Assembly: GCA_030427205.1 (NCBI GenBank) | Contig: JAUHXC010000011.1 | Coordinates: 44,016-108,015, forward strand | Direction: 5' to 3' | Origin: a bacterium | Lineage (GTDB): Bacteria; Myxococcota_A; Bradymonadia; UBA7976; UBA1532 | Length of the DNA stretch: 64,000 bases | Shown: positions 8,631-17,431 of the stretch, in pieces | Layout of the letters: each line of letters begins with the position of its first letter | How positions within the stretch are numbered: position 1 is the first letter of the stretch | Translations under genes and position numbers: made by a program | Notes under the pieces: model-generated | What the model was told of the DNA's origin: nothing | Database searches by the model: none | Seen by the model: only the letters and a program-made list of their open reading frames with translations

Positions 8631-10283
8631 ATGCGCTGGAGCCCGATCATCGCTGCGCTGCTGCTGCTCCCGTCGACGGCGGGGGGACACGGCGGTGAGC
8701 CGAGCGTCACCGGCCTGCGGTTTCCGAGCCAGCGCCCGGGCGAGGTCTGGGCGATCACCGACAACCAGGGGCTCTACGCCGCGCGGGGCGATACGACGGC
8801 GTGGCTGTGCGAAGACGCCGTGGCGCCGGCCGCCGGCATCGACGACATCGTGGCGCTGGGCGACGGGCAGCGGTGGCTCATCCTGACCGACGATGGTGTG
8901 TTCACCTCGGACGACGGCGGCTGCACGTTCGGCGGCGCGCCGGTCGCGCTGGCCGATCAACAGGTGGCCGCGCTGTCGGGCCACCCGCTCGACCCGGCCG
9001 AGGCGGTGGCGGTCACCGAGACCTTCGCCGCCGAGAACGACGTCTGGCTCACCGCCGACGGCGGCGGCACATGGCGCGCGGTCGGCCTCGGCCTGCGCGG
9101 GCGATTCACCGGTCTGCTGCGCAGCGAAGCCGACCCCGAGCGGCTGTACGCGCTGCACGATCGCGGCGCCTATACCAGCGGCGACGGCGGCCGCCGCTGG
9201 CAGCCGATCGCGCTCGGGCCGCCCGAGCTCGCGGCCTTGCCCTCGGCGGTGACCCTGCTCGCCGCCCCGCCCGGCGCGCCCGAGCGGATCTATCTGGGCA
9301 TCGAGCGTCCGGCCGGGCTGGTCGTGGTGCGCAGCGACGACGCCGGCCGCACCTGGCGCGAGGCGGTACGGGTCGACGACTTCGAGGCGCAGCTCGTCTT
9401 CGACGGCGACGGCCGCGAGGGTCTGCTGCTGACCGCGTTCGACGGGCTGCGGCGCACCGCGGACGGCGGCGCGACCTGGGGTGATGCCGCGCCGCTGCCG
9501 GTCGAGCGCCTGCAGCGCATCGGCCGGGCGCCCGACGGGCGCTTGTGGGGCAGCACCGGCTTGTTCTTCGGCGGGCCGTTCGCCCTGGGCGTCAGCGATG
9601 ACTTCGGCCGGACGTGGGCCCCGGTTCTGGTGCGGTTCGAAGACGTCGACGCACGCTGGGATTGCCCGCCGCCGAGCCCGGCCCGCACATGCTGCGAGAC
9701 GCTCTGCCCGGGGCAGCCGATCGACGCGATGTGCGTGGGGCAGGTGCCCGACGAGGGCGGCGCGTGCGCGTCGGCGCTGGATCCACCACCCGGGCCGCTG
9801 CCCGGCTTCGAGGTGGATGGCGGGGTGGACGCCGCGCCGCTCGACGGCGGCCCGGCGGACGACGGGGTCGACCGCGGCTCGGATGCCGCAGCCCTGGACG
9901 CTTCAGCGGTGGATGCCACGGCGTCGGACGTCACAGAGCCGGACGCGCTGCCGGACGGGGCGCGTCGCGATCGGGGCCCGTCAGTCGACAGCGAGCCGAC
10001 GGACGCGGGGATGCTCGACGGTCGCGTACCGGACCGCGGATCGCCCGATACGGGCGCCGCGGGTTTGGACTCGACCGTACCGTATCCACCGCCGCCCGAT
10101 GGCGAGCCGCCGATCTACGCGCCCGACGTCACCGTGATCCCGGCGCATCCGGCGAGCGACGGGTGCGCCCAGCGGCCGGGATCGGCGCCGCCGTGGTGGC
10201 TGGCGCTGCTGGTGCTCAGCGCGCGGTGCCGACCTTGGCGTCTTCGACCTCGGCGTCGACCTCGTCGGGGGTCGGCTCGATGA
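8631..10283 (+). CDS. secreted BNR/Asp-box repeat protein with a putative MYXO-CTERM-like sorting tail
   Basis: Signal peptide 'MRWSPIIAALLLLPSTAGG'. At least five S/T-x-D-x-G-x-T-W Asp-box motifs: 'TADGGGTWRAV', 'TSGDGGRRWQPI', 'SDDAGRTWREA', 'TADGGATWGDA', 'SDDFGRTWAPV'. Pro/Asp-rich linker. The C-terminus reads 'GCAQRPG...WWLALLVLSARCR...RRR', which resembles a myxobacterial C-terminal sorting signal. Confidence 0.75.
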   Translation: MRWSPIIAALLLLPSTAGGHGGEPSVTGLRFPSQRPGEVWAITDNQGLYAARGDTTAWLCEDAVAPAAGIDDIVALGDGQRWLILTDDGVFTSDDGGCTFGGAPVALADQQVAALSGHPLDPAEAVAVTETFAAENDVWLTADGGGTWRAVGLGLRGRFTGLLRSEADPERLYALHDRGAYTSGDGGRRWQPIALGPPELAALPSAVTLLAAPPGAPERIYLGIERPAGLVVVRSDDAGRTWREAVRVDDFEAQLVFDGDGREGLLLTAFDGLRRTADGGATWGDAAPLPVERLQRIGRAPDGRLWGSTGLFFGGPFALGVSDDFGRTWAPVLVRFEDVDARWDCPPPSPARTCCETLCPGQPIDAMCVGQVPDEGGACASALDPPPGPLPGFEVDGGVDAAPLDGGPADDGVDRGSDAAALDASAVDATASDVTEPDALPDGARRDRGPSVDSEPTDAGMLDGRVPDRGSPDTGAAGLDSTVPYPPPPDGEPPIYAPDVTVIPAHPASDGCAQRPGSAPPWWLALLVLSARCRPWRLRPRRRPRRGSAR

Positions 10284-10500
10284 GCTGCTGCGGGGCGATC
10301 TCGAGCGCCTCGGCCAGCGCGTTGACCGTGCTCAGCCGCGGATCGCTGGCGCCCTTGTCGTTGACGTCGAGCAGACGCCACATGGTGGTTCGACCGATGC
10401 CGGCATGATCGGCGAGATGAGCCAGGGCCATGCCCTTCTTGCCAGCGAGATGCCGGACCCAGAAGGAGACCCGGCGCGTCAGAGATTCAGGATGCTTCAT
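10216..10500 (-). CDS. XRE-family helix-turn-helix transcriptional regulator
   Basis: 'LAHLADHAGIGRTTMWRLLDVNDKGASDPRLSTVNALAEAL' is a Cro/C1-type HTH. The start is taken at 'MKHPESL' (ATG 10500). The upstream ATG at 10563 is an alternative. The 3' end overlaps the convergent gene by 68 nt. Confidence 0.7.
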   Translation of the reverse strand: MKHPESLTRRVSFWVRHLAGKKGMALAHLADHAGIGRTTMWRLLDVNDKGASDPRLSTVNALAEALEIAPQQLIEPTPDEVDAEVEDAKVGTAR

Positions 10501-10773
10501 GTGAGTGACTCTAACGGCCGACGCAGGGGCCCGAATACCGATTTCGGGATTCGCCCGAAGCACTCCCTGACATCTTCGCAGATTCTGCTTTCGGGTGTCT
10601 GTCCGACGAAACGCCCACTGCGCCTGATGCGGACATCCTGACGGATCTCACCCACAGACGACCCCTGACAAAATGCATCTTGCCTCAAAAAAAGTCGGCT
10701 GCGACCCCGTCAGAGGCAGGGCAGAGACGGTTGGTCCCCCCCGGGTACCCGGAACCGGTGACAATATCGGCGA

Positions 10774-11784
10774 ATGCAGTATCTTCGGATGATGCGGCAT
10801 CTGGCCCTCATCATCGCGACGGCGGCGCTGGCGTCGGGCGGCTGCACGGCCGCGGACAGCGATCGGTCGCCGGACGTGCTCGGCGGTGACGCGCGGCCCG
10901 ACGTCCGGTCGTTGGACGCCACGCCCGATACGCCGCCGGTTGACGCGCGCCCCGATGGCGCGCGCCTGCCGGACGCCGCACCGCGGTCGGATGCCGCCCG
11001 CCCGGACGCCGCCCGCCCGGATGCCGCGGCCCCGCGGGGGCCCGATCACCCGCTGCCAGCGCTCGCCCCGCCGCCGGCCGGCGAGCCCGCGCCGGTGTGG
11101 CAGGTCTCGGTCGTCGAGCGCTTCCCTCACGACCCGCGGGCGTTCACCCAGGGCCTGCTGATGGTCGACGGTACGCTCTACGAGTCGACCGGGCTCAACG
11201 GGCAATCGTCGGTGCGGATCGTCGATCTGGCCACGGGCGCCGTGCAGCGGCGGCGCGATCTGGCGGACCGCTACTTTGGCGAGGGGCTGGTCGCCATCGA
11301 CGATCGGCTCATCCAGCTGACGTGGCGGTCGCAGGTGGCGTTCGTCTACGACCGGGCGACGCTCGAGCCGCGCGGGCAGCACGCCTACGTCGGCGAGGGC
11401 TGGGGCCTGACCGACGACGGCCGGCGGCTGATCCTGTCCGATGGCACCGATCGCCTGCGCTTCTTCGACCGCGAGACGTTCGCCGAGCTGGGCGCGGTCC
11501 GTGTGACCGACGCGGGGCGGGCAATCCGCCAGCTCAACGAGCTGGAGTATATCGACGGCGAGGTGCTGGCCAACGTGTGGCAGACCGATCGCATCGCGCG
11601 CATCGACCCGACGACGGGTCGGGTCATCGGCTGGCTCGATCTGGCGGGCTTGCGGCCACAGGAGGCCAATCGCCAGGGCGACGTGCTCAACGGCATCGCC
11701 TGGGACGCGCCGAATCAGCGGCTGATCGTGACCGGGAAACGCTGGCCGCTGATGTTCGCGATTCGGGCGTTGCACGCGCCCTGA
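10774..11784 (+). CDS. glutaminyl-peptide cyclotransferase (bacterial/plant-type beta-propeller QC), lipoprotein
   Basis: N-terminal 'MMRHLALIIATAALASGGC' is a lipoprotein signal. A Pro/Asp/Ala-rich linker with 15-bp DNA repeats follows. The core contains 'FTQGLLMVDGTLYESTGLNGQSSVR...LTWRSQVAFVYD...GEGWGLTDDG', which is typical of the glutamine cyclotransferase family. Confidence 0.7.
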   Translation: MQYLRMMRHLALIIATAALASGGCTAADSDRSPDVLGGDARPDVRSLDATPDTPPVDARPDGARLPDAAPRSDAARPDAARPDAAAPRGPDHPLPALAPPPAGEPAPVWQVSVVERFPHDPRAFTQGLLMVDGTLYESTGLNGQSSVRIVDLATGAVQRRRDLADRYFGEGLVAIDDRLIQLTWRSQVAFVYDRATLEPRGQHAYVGEGWGLTDDGRRLILSDGTDRLRFFDRETFAELGAVRVTDAGRAIRQLNELEYIDGEVLANVWQTDRIARIDPTTGRVIGWLDLAGLRPQEANRQGDVLNGIAWDAPNQRLIVTGKRWPLMFAIRALHAP

Positions 11785-11810
11785 AAGGCTCGCGAAGAGC
11801 CCCCGGGCCG

Positions 11811-14800
11811 TCAGCCGCGCAGGCCGGCGTCCACCTGCCGCAAGAGCGCCAGCAGCTCGTCGACCTTGGCCCCGATGGCCTGAGCGTCGTTGAGGTTGTC
11901 GGCGCTGGCCCGCACCAGCGGCACCAGCGTGCGCTCGATGAGCTGGACCTGCTGGGCCAGCAGCTCTTCGACCCCCGGCGGCGGCTGGTTGAGCACCTCG
12001 ACCTCGACCTTGGGCTGCTGCATGGTCTGCAGCGCCTTGCTCAGCTCGGTCAGCGCCGTCGACAGCCCCGGATCGGCCGCGCTGGGGATCGGCGGCGGCT
12101 GGCCCGGCTTGCGGCCCAGCGGCGGCAGGTTGCCCAGCGGGCTCGCCGCGAGCTTCTTCGCCGACGCGGCCTGCTCGGCGGCGGCCTCGATGGCCCCCTT
12201 GATGCCGTCGAGTCGCCCGCCGAGCGCGTCGAGCTTCGTGGTGGTCTCCGTGCTCTGCCCCAGCGCGCTGCGCAGCCCGCCCAGGCTCTGGGCGATCGAG
12301 GCCAGCGCCTTCTCGGTGCCCGGCTGCGCGCCGCTCCTGAGCGCCTCGCCGATGGCGTCCAGCCGCCCGCCGAGCCCGGCGATGGCCTGCTCGGTCTGCC
12401 CCGCGCCGGTCAACGCGGCGCGGATGGCCCCCAGCTCTTCGCCCAGCCCGCCCAGCGTGCCGGTGACCCGGGCCACCGGGTCGTCCTCGTCGCCGCCCAT
12501 CGTCTGGATGCGCTTGAAGCTGCGGCAGACCTCGGCGTAGCGCGCCTTCTGCTCGGGGGTCATGCGCCCGCGCAGCTGCGCCAGCTTGAGCAGGTTGTTC
12601 TCCGCGCCGCTCGTCAGCGTCTGCGACTCGCCGGTGTAGTGGTCGTCGATGAGCGACTCCACCTCGTCGGGCGTCATCGCCGCCATGACCTTCTCGGCCA
12701 TCTTGTTCATGTTGCGGTAGCTGCCCTGCAGCTTGAACGACGGCTCGGTGCGAAAAGCGTCGTCGGTCGCGGCGCTGAGGATGTACTGCATGTTGACCCG
12801 CAGCACGACCTCCTGGATCTGGGTCAAACGCTGCAATACGGCGGTGATCTCGCCGATCTCGACCCCCGAGTACCCGTGCTTGAGGTCGGTGGTCGGGATC
12901 TCCTCGCCCCGGCTCATGCGGATGAGCTTGTAGACGTCGTCCTGGCTGCGGGTGGCCAGCGGCGCGAGCACCGGGTTCGAGGTGAGCGCGTTCTCGATGT
13001 ACGACAGCGAGAAGACGTCTTCCTTGCCGTCGAGGATGTCGCCCAGGTTGTAGGTGTCGGCGCGGTTGGCCAGCATGTCGGGGATGACGAACTTGGCCCC
13101 CGTCTCGGTGTACGGGTTGCCGGCCATGATCACGCAGAACTTCTTGCCCCGCATGTCGTAGGTGCGCGTGCGCCCGCGCCAGACGCCCTCGATCTTGCGC
13201 TGCCCGTCACACAGCGAGATGAACTTCTGCAAGAACTCGGGATCGAGGTGCTGCACGTCGTCGAGATAGAGCATGACGTTATTGCCCATCTCGAAGCCCA
13301 GGTTGACCTTCTCGACCTCCTGGCGCGCGGTCGCGTTGGGCGCCTCGCCCGGATCGAGGCTGACGACGCCGTGGCCCAGCGAGGGCCCGTTGACCTTGAC
13401 GAAGACCAGCCCCAGCCGATTGGCGACGTACTCCATCAGGGTCGTCTTGCCGTAACCGGGCGGCGAGATGAGCAGCAACAGGCCCATCAGATCGGTGCGT
13501 TTGTCGTTGCCCGCCGCGCCCATCTGCTTGGCGAGGTTGTCGCCGATGAGGTGCAGGTAGACGTCGTTGATGAGCTTGTTGCGCACGAAGCTGCTCATCA
13601 CCCGCGGCTGGAACTCGTTGAGCCGCAGCCGCCGCTTGCCGTCCTCGATGACCGCGGCCCGCTGCTTGCGATAGGCCCGATAGCCGGGCACCGTCACCTC
13701 GATGAAGCGGGTCAGGCGGTCGAGGAAGGTATCCAGCGCCAGCTGCATGACCTGATCGCTGATGCGCGGGTGCTGCCCCAACAGCCCGCGGACCTCGGTG
13801 CGGGTCACCGCGCTGCTCGTCTCGCGGTCGAGCTTGGGCCCGCCGATGATCACCGCCGCTTCGAGCACCAGCGGGTCTTCGGGGTCGAGGGCGGTGCCCT
13901 CCACCAGCGCCTCGATCCAGGCCCGCGCCACCGCGATGCGCCCGGCCAGGTCGCCGTCGAGCGCGCGCAGGTCGGCCTCGAAGTCGCGCCGGGTATTGGT
14001 CTCGTCGAGGTGCTGCCACAGCCGCTCGGTCAGCTCGACCGCCTCGCGGCTGGTGGTGAAGCGCGGCGGCTCGGCGCCCAGCTCTTCGACCAGATAGCGC
14101 CCCGCGAGCGTCCCGTGCCCCGCCAGCGTCGGCAGGCCGGCCAGCTCGGCGAAGGCGCGGATCTCGCCGGCCAGCTCTTCGGCCAGCGCGCCCATGGCCG
14201 CCGGCGTGCGCCCGAAGCTCTGCCGCAGCCGACCCAGGTTCATGCCTTTACGCTGCCAGCGGCCCTTGGCCTCGCGGTCGCCGTATGACCCCCAGAAGAG
14301 CGCCGCCACCGCCCGCGGGGCCGGCCCGAAGCGCAAGAGCCCGGCCGCGGTGTGCATGTGCAAGAGCTTCTCGAGGATGAGCGCCGCGTCGCTGTCGTGC
14401 AGCCCGCGCTCGTAGCCCTCCTCGTAGCGCTCGCGGGCGATCTCCGAGACCAGCTCGAGCAGCCCGCCGTCCTCCCGCTGAGCGTCGAGCAGGCGTTGAA
14501 TGGACAGCCCGCCGTCGCCGCGCTCGGCGGCGAAGAGCAGCGTCGCAGCCAGATACTCGGCGCGGTAGACCTGCTTGTTCTCCGAGACGACGGTCTGCGA
14601 CCAGTAGGGCTTGCTGGCGAGGAAGCCCTCGTCTTCGACCGGCTCGTAGAAGTCGGTGCCGGTCAGGTGCAGCGCCATGCCCTCGCCGCGGGGCACCATC
14701 GTCAGCTCGAGGGTCTGGGTATTGACGTTGAACAGGTGCCGCCCGAAGCGGATGAGGTCGGCGCCCTCCTCGAAGAGCTCGAGCTTGTCGCGCAGCCCGC

Positions 14801-17339
14801 GCAGGGCGTCCTGGCGGGCCTGCTTGAGCCGCCCGGCCAGCTCGTCGCCGCGCACCCCGTCGCCCAGCTTGGTCAGCTGCTCGGAGAACGCGCGCAGCTT
14901 CTGCACCATGCCGTCGGCGGCGAAGTAGGCGTTGAGCGCGTCTTCGTCCTTGAAGTTGCGGGTGCGCCGGGCGACGCCCTCGAGGATGCGGTCGGCGGCG
15001 CCCATGATGTTCTGCACCCGCCGGTTGCGCTCGTCGAGCAGCGTCTGCTTGCGGGTATTGAACGCCTCGTAGACCTCGTCCCGCTTGGCGGCCAGGTCGC
15101 CGAGGAACTCGTCGAACTCGCTGAAGCGGGCCTCGAGCTCTTCGAGCAGCACCATCAGCCGCGAGAGCTCTTCGTCGCAGCGCTCGGGGCTGTCGCACAT
15201 CGCCAGCGCGCTCTGCACGCTCTGGCCGAAGAGCTTGAACTGCGCCCCGAACTCGGCGCGGCCCTCTCTGCCGAGCAACGACTTGCGCCGCCCTTCGACG
15301 GTGGCCCGCACCCGGTTGAGGTGGCCGAAGACCTCGCCGATGCCCTCCAGGATGGTCGTGCGCTGGGTGGCGTCGTCAATCTGAAGGCCCGCGATGACCT
15401 CGGTCAGCAGATCGAGGCCCTCGCTCAGCTCGACCAGACGGGCGCGCAGCGGCTCGATCTCGGTGACCTTCTCGACCTTGCCCGAGTCGGCGAGCACCTT
15501 CTCCAGGTCGCGCTTGAGCGGCCCGAGCGCCTCGTCGCGCAGCAGGAACTGCACGCAGTCGCGGGTCAGTGAGTCGAACTGCTCGACCGCCTCGGCTTCG
15601 AGGGCGTCGAGCCGGGCCTGGTCGATGAAGCGCACCTCGCGGATCGTGATCAGGTGCCCCCGCTGCTGCCGCAGCGCCGTCATCGCCTTCATGTAGCCGT
15701 CGACCGAGTTGAGCGTATGGCTGCGCACCTCGGTGAGGATCTGCTGCTGGTTGGCCTCGGTCTCGGCCAGCGCGTCGGCCGCCTGCTTGCGCAGGATGAG
15801 CACCTTCTCGAACTCGTCGACGATGAGCTCGGCGGTGCGGGCGAGCGTATCGAGGGCCGCCTTGAAGGCGACCTCGGCGTGGTCGAGCCAGTAGTAGCTG
15901 TCCCGCATGCGGGTGATGGCGGCGATCAGGTCTTCGTAGGTCCGCCGATCGGGCTCGGCGCGGCCGATGAGCCGGTCGATCGAGAAGGCGTCGCTGATGC
16001 CGCGCACCAGCTCGGCGTTGCCCACCTTCGAGAGGAAGGAGCCGTCGGTCGGCGCCGCCGCGGCGAACTCGGCCGAGACGAAGGGCGTGCGCCAGACCTG
16101 CATCGGGTGCACCCGGCTCGGCTCGATGGCGGCCTTGAAGACCACCATGCGCCCGTCTTCGAACAGGCTGTAGCCGTTGCAGGTGATCGGGCTCTGCACC
16201 GCCTTGCGGATGAGGTTGTACGGCAAGAGCACGTACTCCCCCTCCTCGCGGCGGTGGAAGATGTAGAGCACGTCCTCGCCGTTGGGCGACTTGATGACCC
16301 GCTTGAAGCGCAGCCCGTCGAGCGGGGTGTCGAAGACCTTGTAGTCGCCGCTCTCGAGGTAGTAGCCGCCGGGGAAGATGATCCCGTGGTCTTCGGGCAG
16401 CTGCACGCAGGCCCGGCCGATGGCGTCGATGCGCACCACGCTGCGGGTGCGGGTATTGAACACCAGGTAGCGATAGTCGGGCTCGCGATAGGGCTTGATC
16501 CGCAGCAGGATCAGCGGCCCCAGCTCGGCGTAGTGGATCTCGCCGTCGTCGAGGGTCTGGTTGGCGTCCTCGACGGGCTCGCGATAGATGCCCTGCCCGT
16601 CTTCGGTATTGTCTTCGATCTTGACGGTGAGGTCGCCGCCGACGGTCTCGACGAAGACCTTGTCGAGGATGTTGACGTGCGGATGGCGCCCGGCCACCTG
16701 CTGCTCACGGCCGGTCGGGGTCCACTCGAAGTCGTGGCTGGCGGGGAAGGTATGGTCCCGATCGCCGCGGTTGTCGATGTAGGTCAGCCCGCCGCCCGGG
16801 TCGACCCGCCAGCGGCAGACCTTGATGTCGTCGGCGCTCGCGCCGATGCGAAAGACCGACATCAAGCGGGTGTCGGTGCTGCGCAGCAGCATCAGCTCGC
16901 AGTCGCGGTAGTAGCGGAAGAGGTCGCCGAAGTCCTTTCGGAAGTCGGTGTTCTGCAAGAAGCCCACGTCGCCGTCGGGCACCCGGCTGAAGTCGTAGCC
17001 GTCCGCCGCCTCTTCGAAGCGATACAGCCCGAAGACGTCCTCGACCTTGGTCTCCTGCTTGAGCCCCAGCGTCAGCTGATAGCCCACCAGCAGCTGGCCG
17101 CCGACGTTGACCACGTCGCGGGTGACGCAGTTGTGCTCGGTGCGCACCCGGCCGTTGGCCAGCACCGCCAGCTCGGTGCCGCCGAAGGTCTCTTTGCGGC
17201 GCTCGTTGAGGGCCTCGGCCTTCTCGCGCAGGGTCTTGCCCTGCGCCTCGAGCCGGCGGCGGATGACGGCGTAGTTGCCCCCGGCGAGCGCGGCGTCTTC
17301 GCCGGATTCGAGGGCGACGTCCTGTGTCTCTTCGGCCAT
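11811..17339 (-). CDS. giant (1842 aa) AAA+ ATPase-domain protein of unknown function, encoded downstream of nfeD-flotillin
   Basis: ATG 17339 has GGGGGAGAG 7 nt upstream. The N-terminal ~450 aa are beta-rich, followed by long coiled-coil segments. The AAA+ core is near residues 1350-1500: Walker A 'LLLISPPGYGKTTLMEY', Walker B 'VMLYLDDVQHL', sensor-1-like 'FCVIMAGNPYTE' (AAA_5/dynein-like). The C-terminus is coiled-coil/Gly-Leu repeat-rich. It lies 92 nt downstream of the flotillin gene. Confidence 0.85.
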   Translation of the reverse strand: MAEETQDVALESGEDAALAGGNYAVIRRRLEAQGKTLREKAEALNERRKETFGGTELAVLANGRVRTEHNCVTRDVVNVGGQLLVGYQLTLGLKQETKVEDVFGLYRFEEAADGYDFSRVPDGDVGFLQNTDFRKDFGDLFRYYRDCELMLLRSTDTRLMSVFRIGASADDIKVCRWRVDPGGGLTYIDNRGDRDHTFPASHDFEWTPTGREQQVAGRHPHVNILDKVFVETVGGDLTVKIEDNTEDGQGIYREPVEDANQTLDDGEIHYAELGPLILLRIKPYREPDYRYLVFNTRTRSVVRIDAIGRACVQLPEDHGIIFPGGYYLESGDYKVFDTPLDGLRFKRVIKSPNGEDVLYIFHRREEGEYVLLPYNLIRKAVQSPITCNGYSLFEDGRMVVFKAAIEPSRVHPMQVWRTPFVSAEFAAAAPTDGSFLSKVGNAELVRGISDAFSIDRLIGRAEPDRRTYEDLIAAITRMRDSYYWLDHAEVAFKAALDTLARTAELIVDEFEKVLILRKQAADALAETEANQQQILTEVRSHTLNSVDGYMKAMTALRQQRGHLITIREVRFIDQARLDALEAEAVEQFDSLTRDCVQFLLRDEALGPLKRDLEKVLADSGKVEKVTEIEPLRARLVELSEGLDLLTEVIAGLQIDDATQRTTILEGIGEVFGHLNRVRATVEGRRKSLLGREGRAEFGAQFKLFGQSVQSALAMCDSPERCDEELSRLMVLLEELEARFSEFDEFLGDLAAKRDEVYEAFNTRKQTLLDERNRRVQNIMGAADRILEGVARRTRNFKDEDALNAYFAADGMVQKLRAFSEQLTKLGDGVRGDELAGRLKQARQDALRGLRDKLELFEEGADLIRFGRHLFNVNTQTLELTMVPRGEGMALHLTGTDFYEPVEDEGFLASKPYWSQTVVSENKQVYRAEYLAATLLFAAERGDGGLSIQRLLDAQREDGGLLELVSEIARERYEEGYERGLHDSDAALILEKLLHMHTAAGLLRFGPAPRAVAALFWGSYGDREAKGRWQRKGMNLGRLRQSFGRTPAAMGALAEELAGEIRAFAELAGLPTLAGHGTLAGRYLVEELGAEPPRFTTSREAVELTERLWQHLDETNTRRDFEADLRALDGDLAGRIAVARAWIEALVEGTALDPEDPLVLEAAVIIGGPKLDRETSSAVTRTEVRGLLGQHPRISDQVMQLALDTFLDRLTRFIEVTVPGYRAYRKQRAAVIEDGKRRLRLNEFQPRVMSSFVRNKLINDVYLHLIGDNLAKQMGAAGNDKRTDLMGLLLLISPPGYGKTTLMEYVANRLGLVFVKVNGPSLGHGVVSLDPGEAPNATARQEVEKVNLGFEMGNNVMLYLDDVQHLDPEFLQKFISLCDGQRKIEGVWRGRTRTYDMRGKKFCVIMAGNPYTETGAKFVIPDMLANRADTYNLGDILDGKEDVFSLSYIENALTSNPVLAPLATRSQDDVYKLIRMSRGEEIPTTDLKHGYSGVEIGEITAVLQRLTQIQEVVLRVNMQYILSAATDDAFRTEPSFKLQGSYRNMNKMAEKVMAAMTPDEVESLIDDHYTGESQTLTSGAENNLLKLAQLRGRMTPEQKARYAEVCRSFKRIQTMGGDEDDPVARVTGTLGGLGEELGAIRAALTGAGQTEQAIAGLGGRLDAIGEALRSGAQPGTEKALASIAQSLGGLRSALGQSTETTTKLDALGGRLDGIKGAIEAAAEQAASAKKLAASPLGNLPPLGRKPGQPPPIPSAADPGLSTALTELSKALQTMQQPKVEVEVLNQPPPGVEELLAQQVQLIERTLVPLVRASADNLNDAQAIGAKVDELLALLRQVDAGLRG

Positions 17340-17431
17340 CGGGCACTCTCCCCCGGGCGGAGCCGGGCGGGCGGCTGGGGTCGCGGTCGCCCGGGCCCGC
17401 GCGGCGGGTCGGGCCCACTGTCAGGCGGCGA

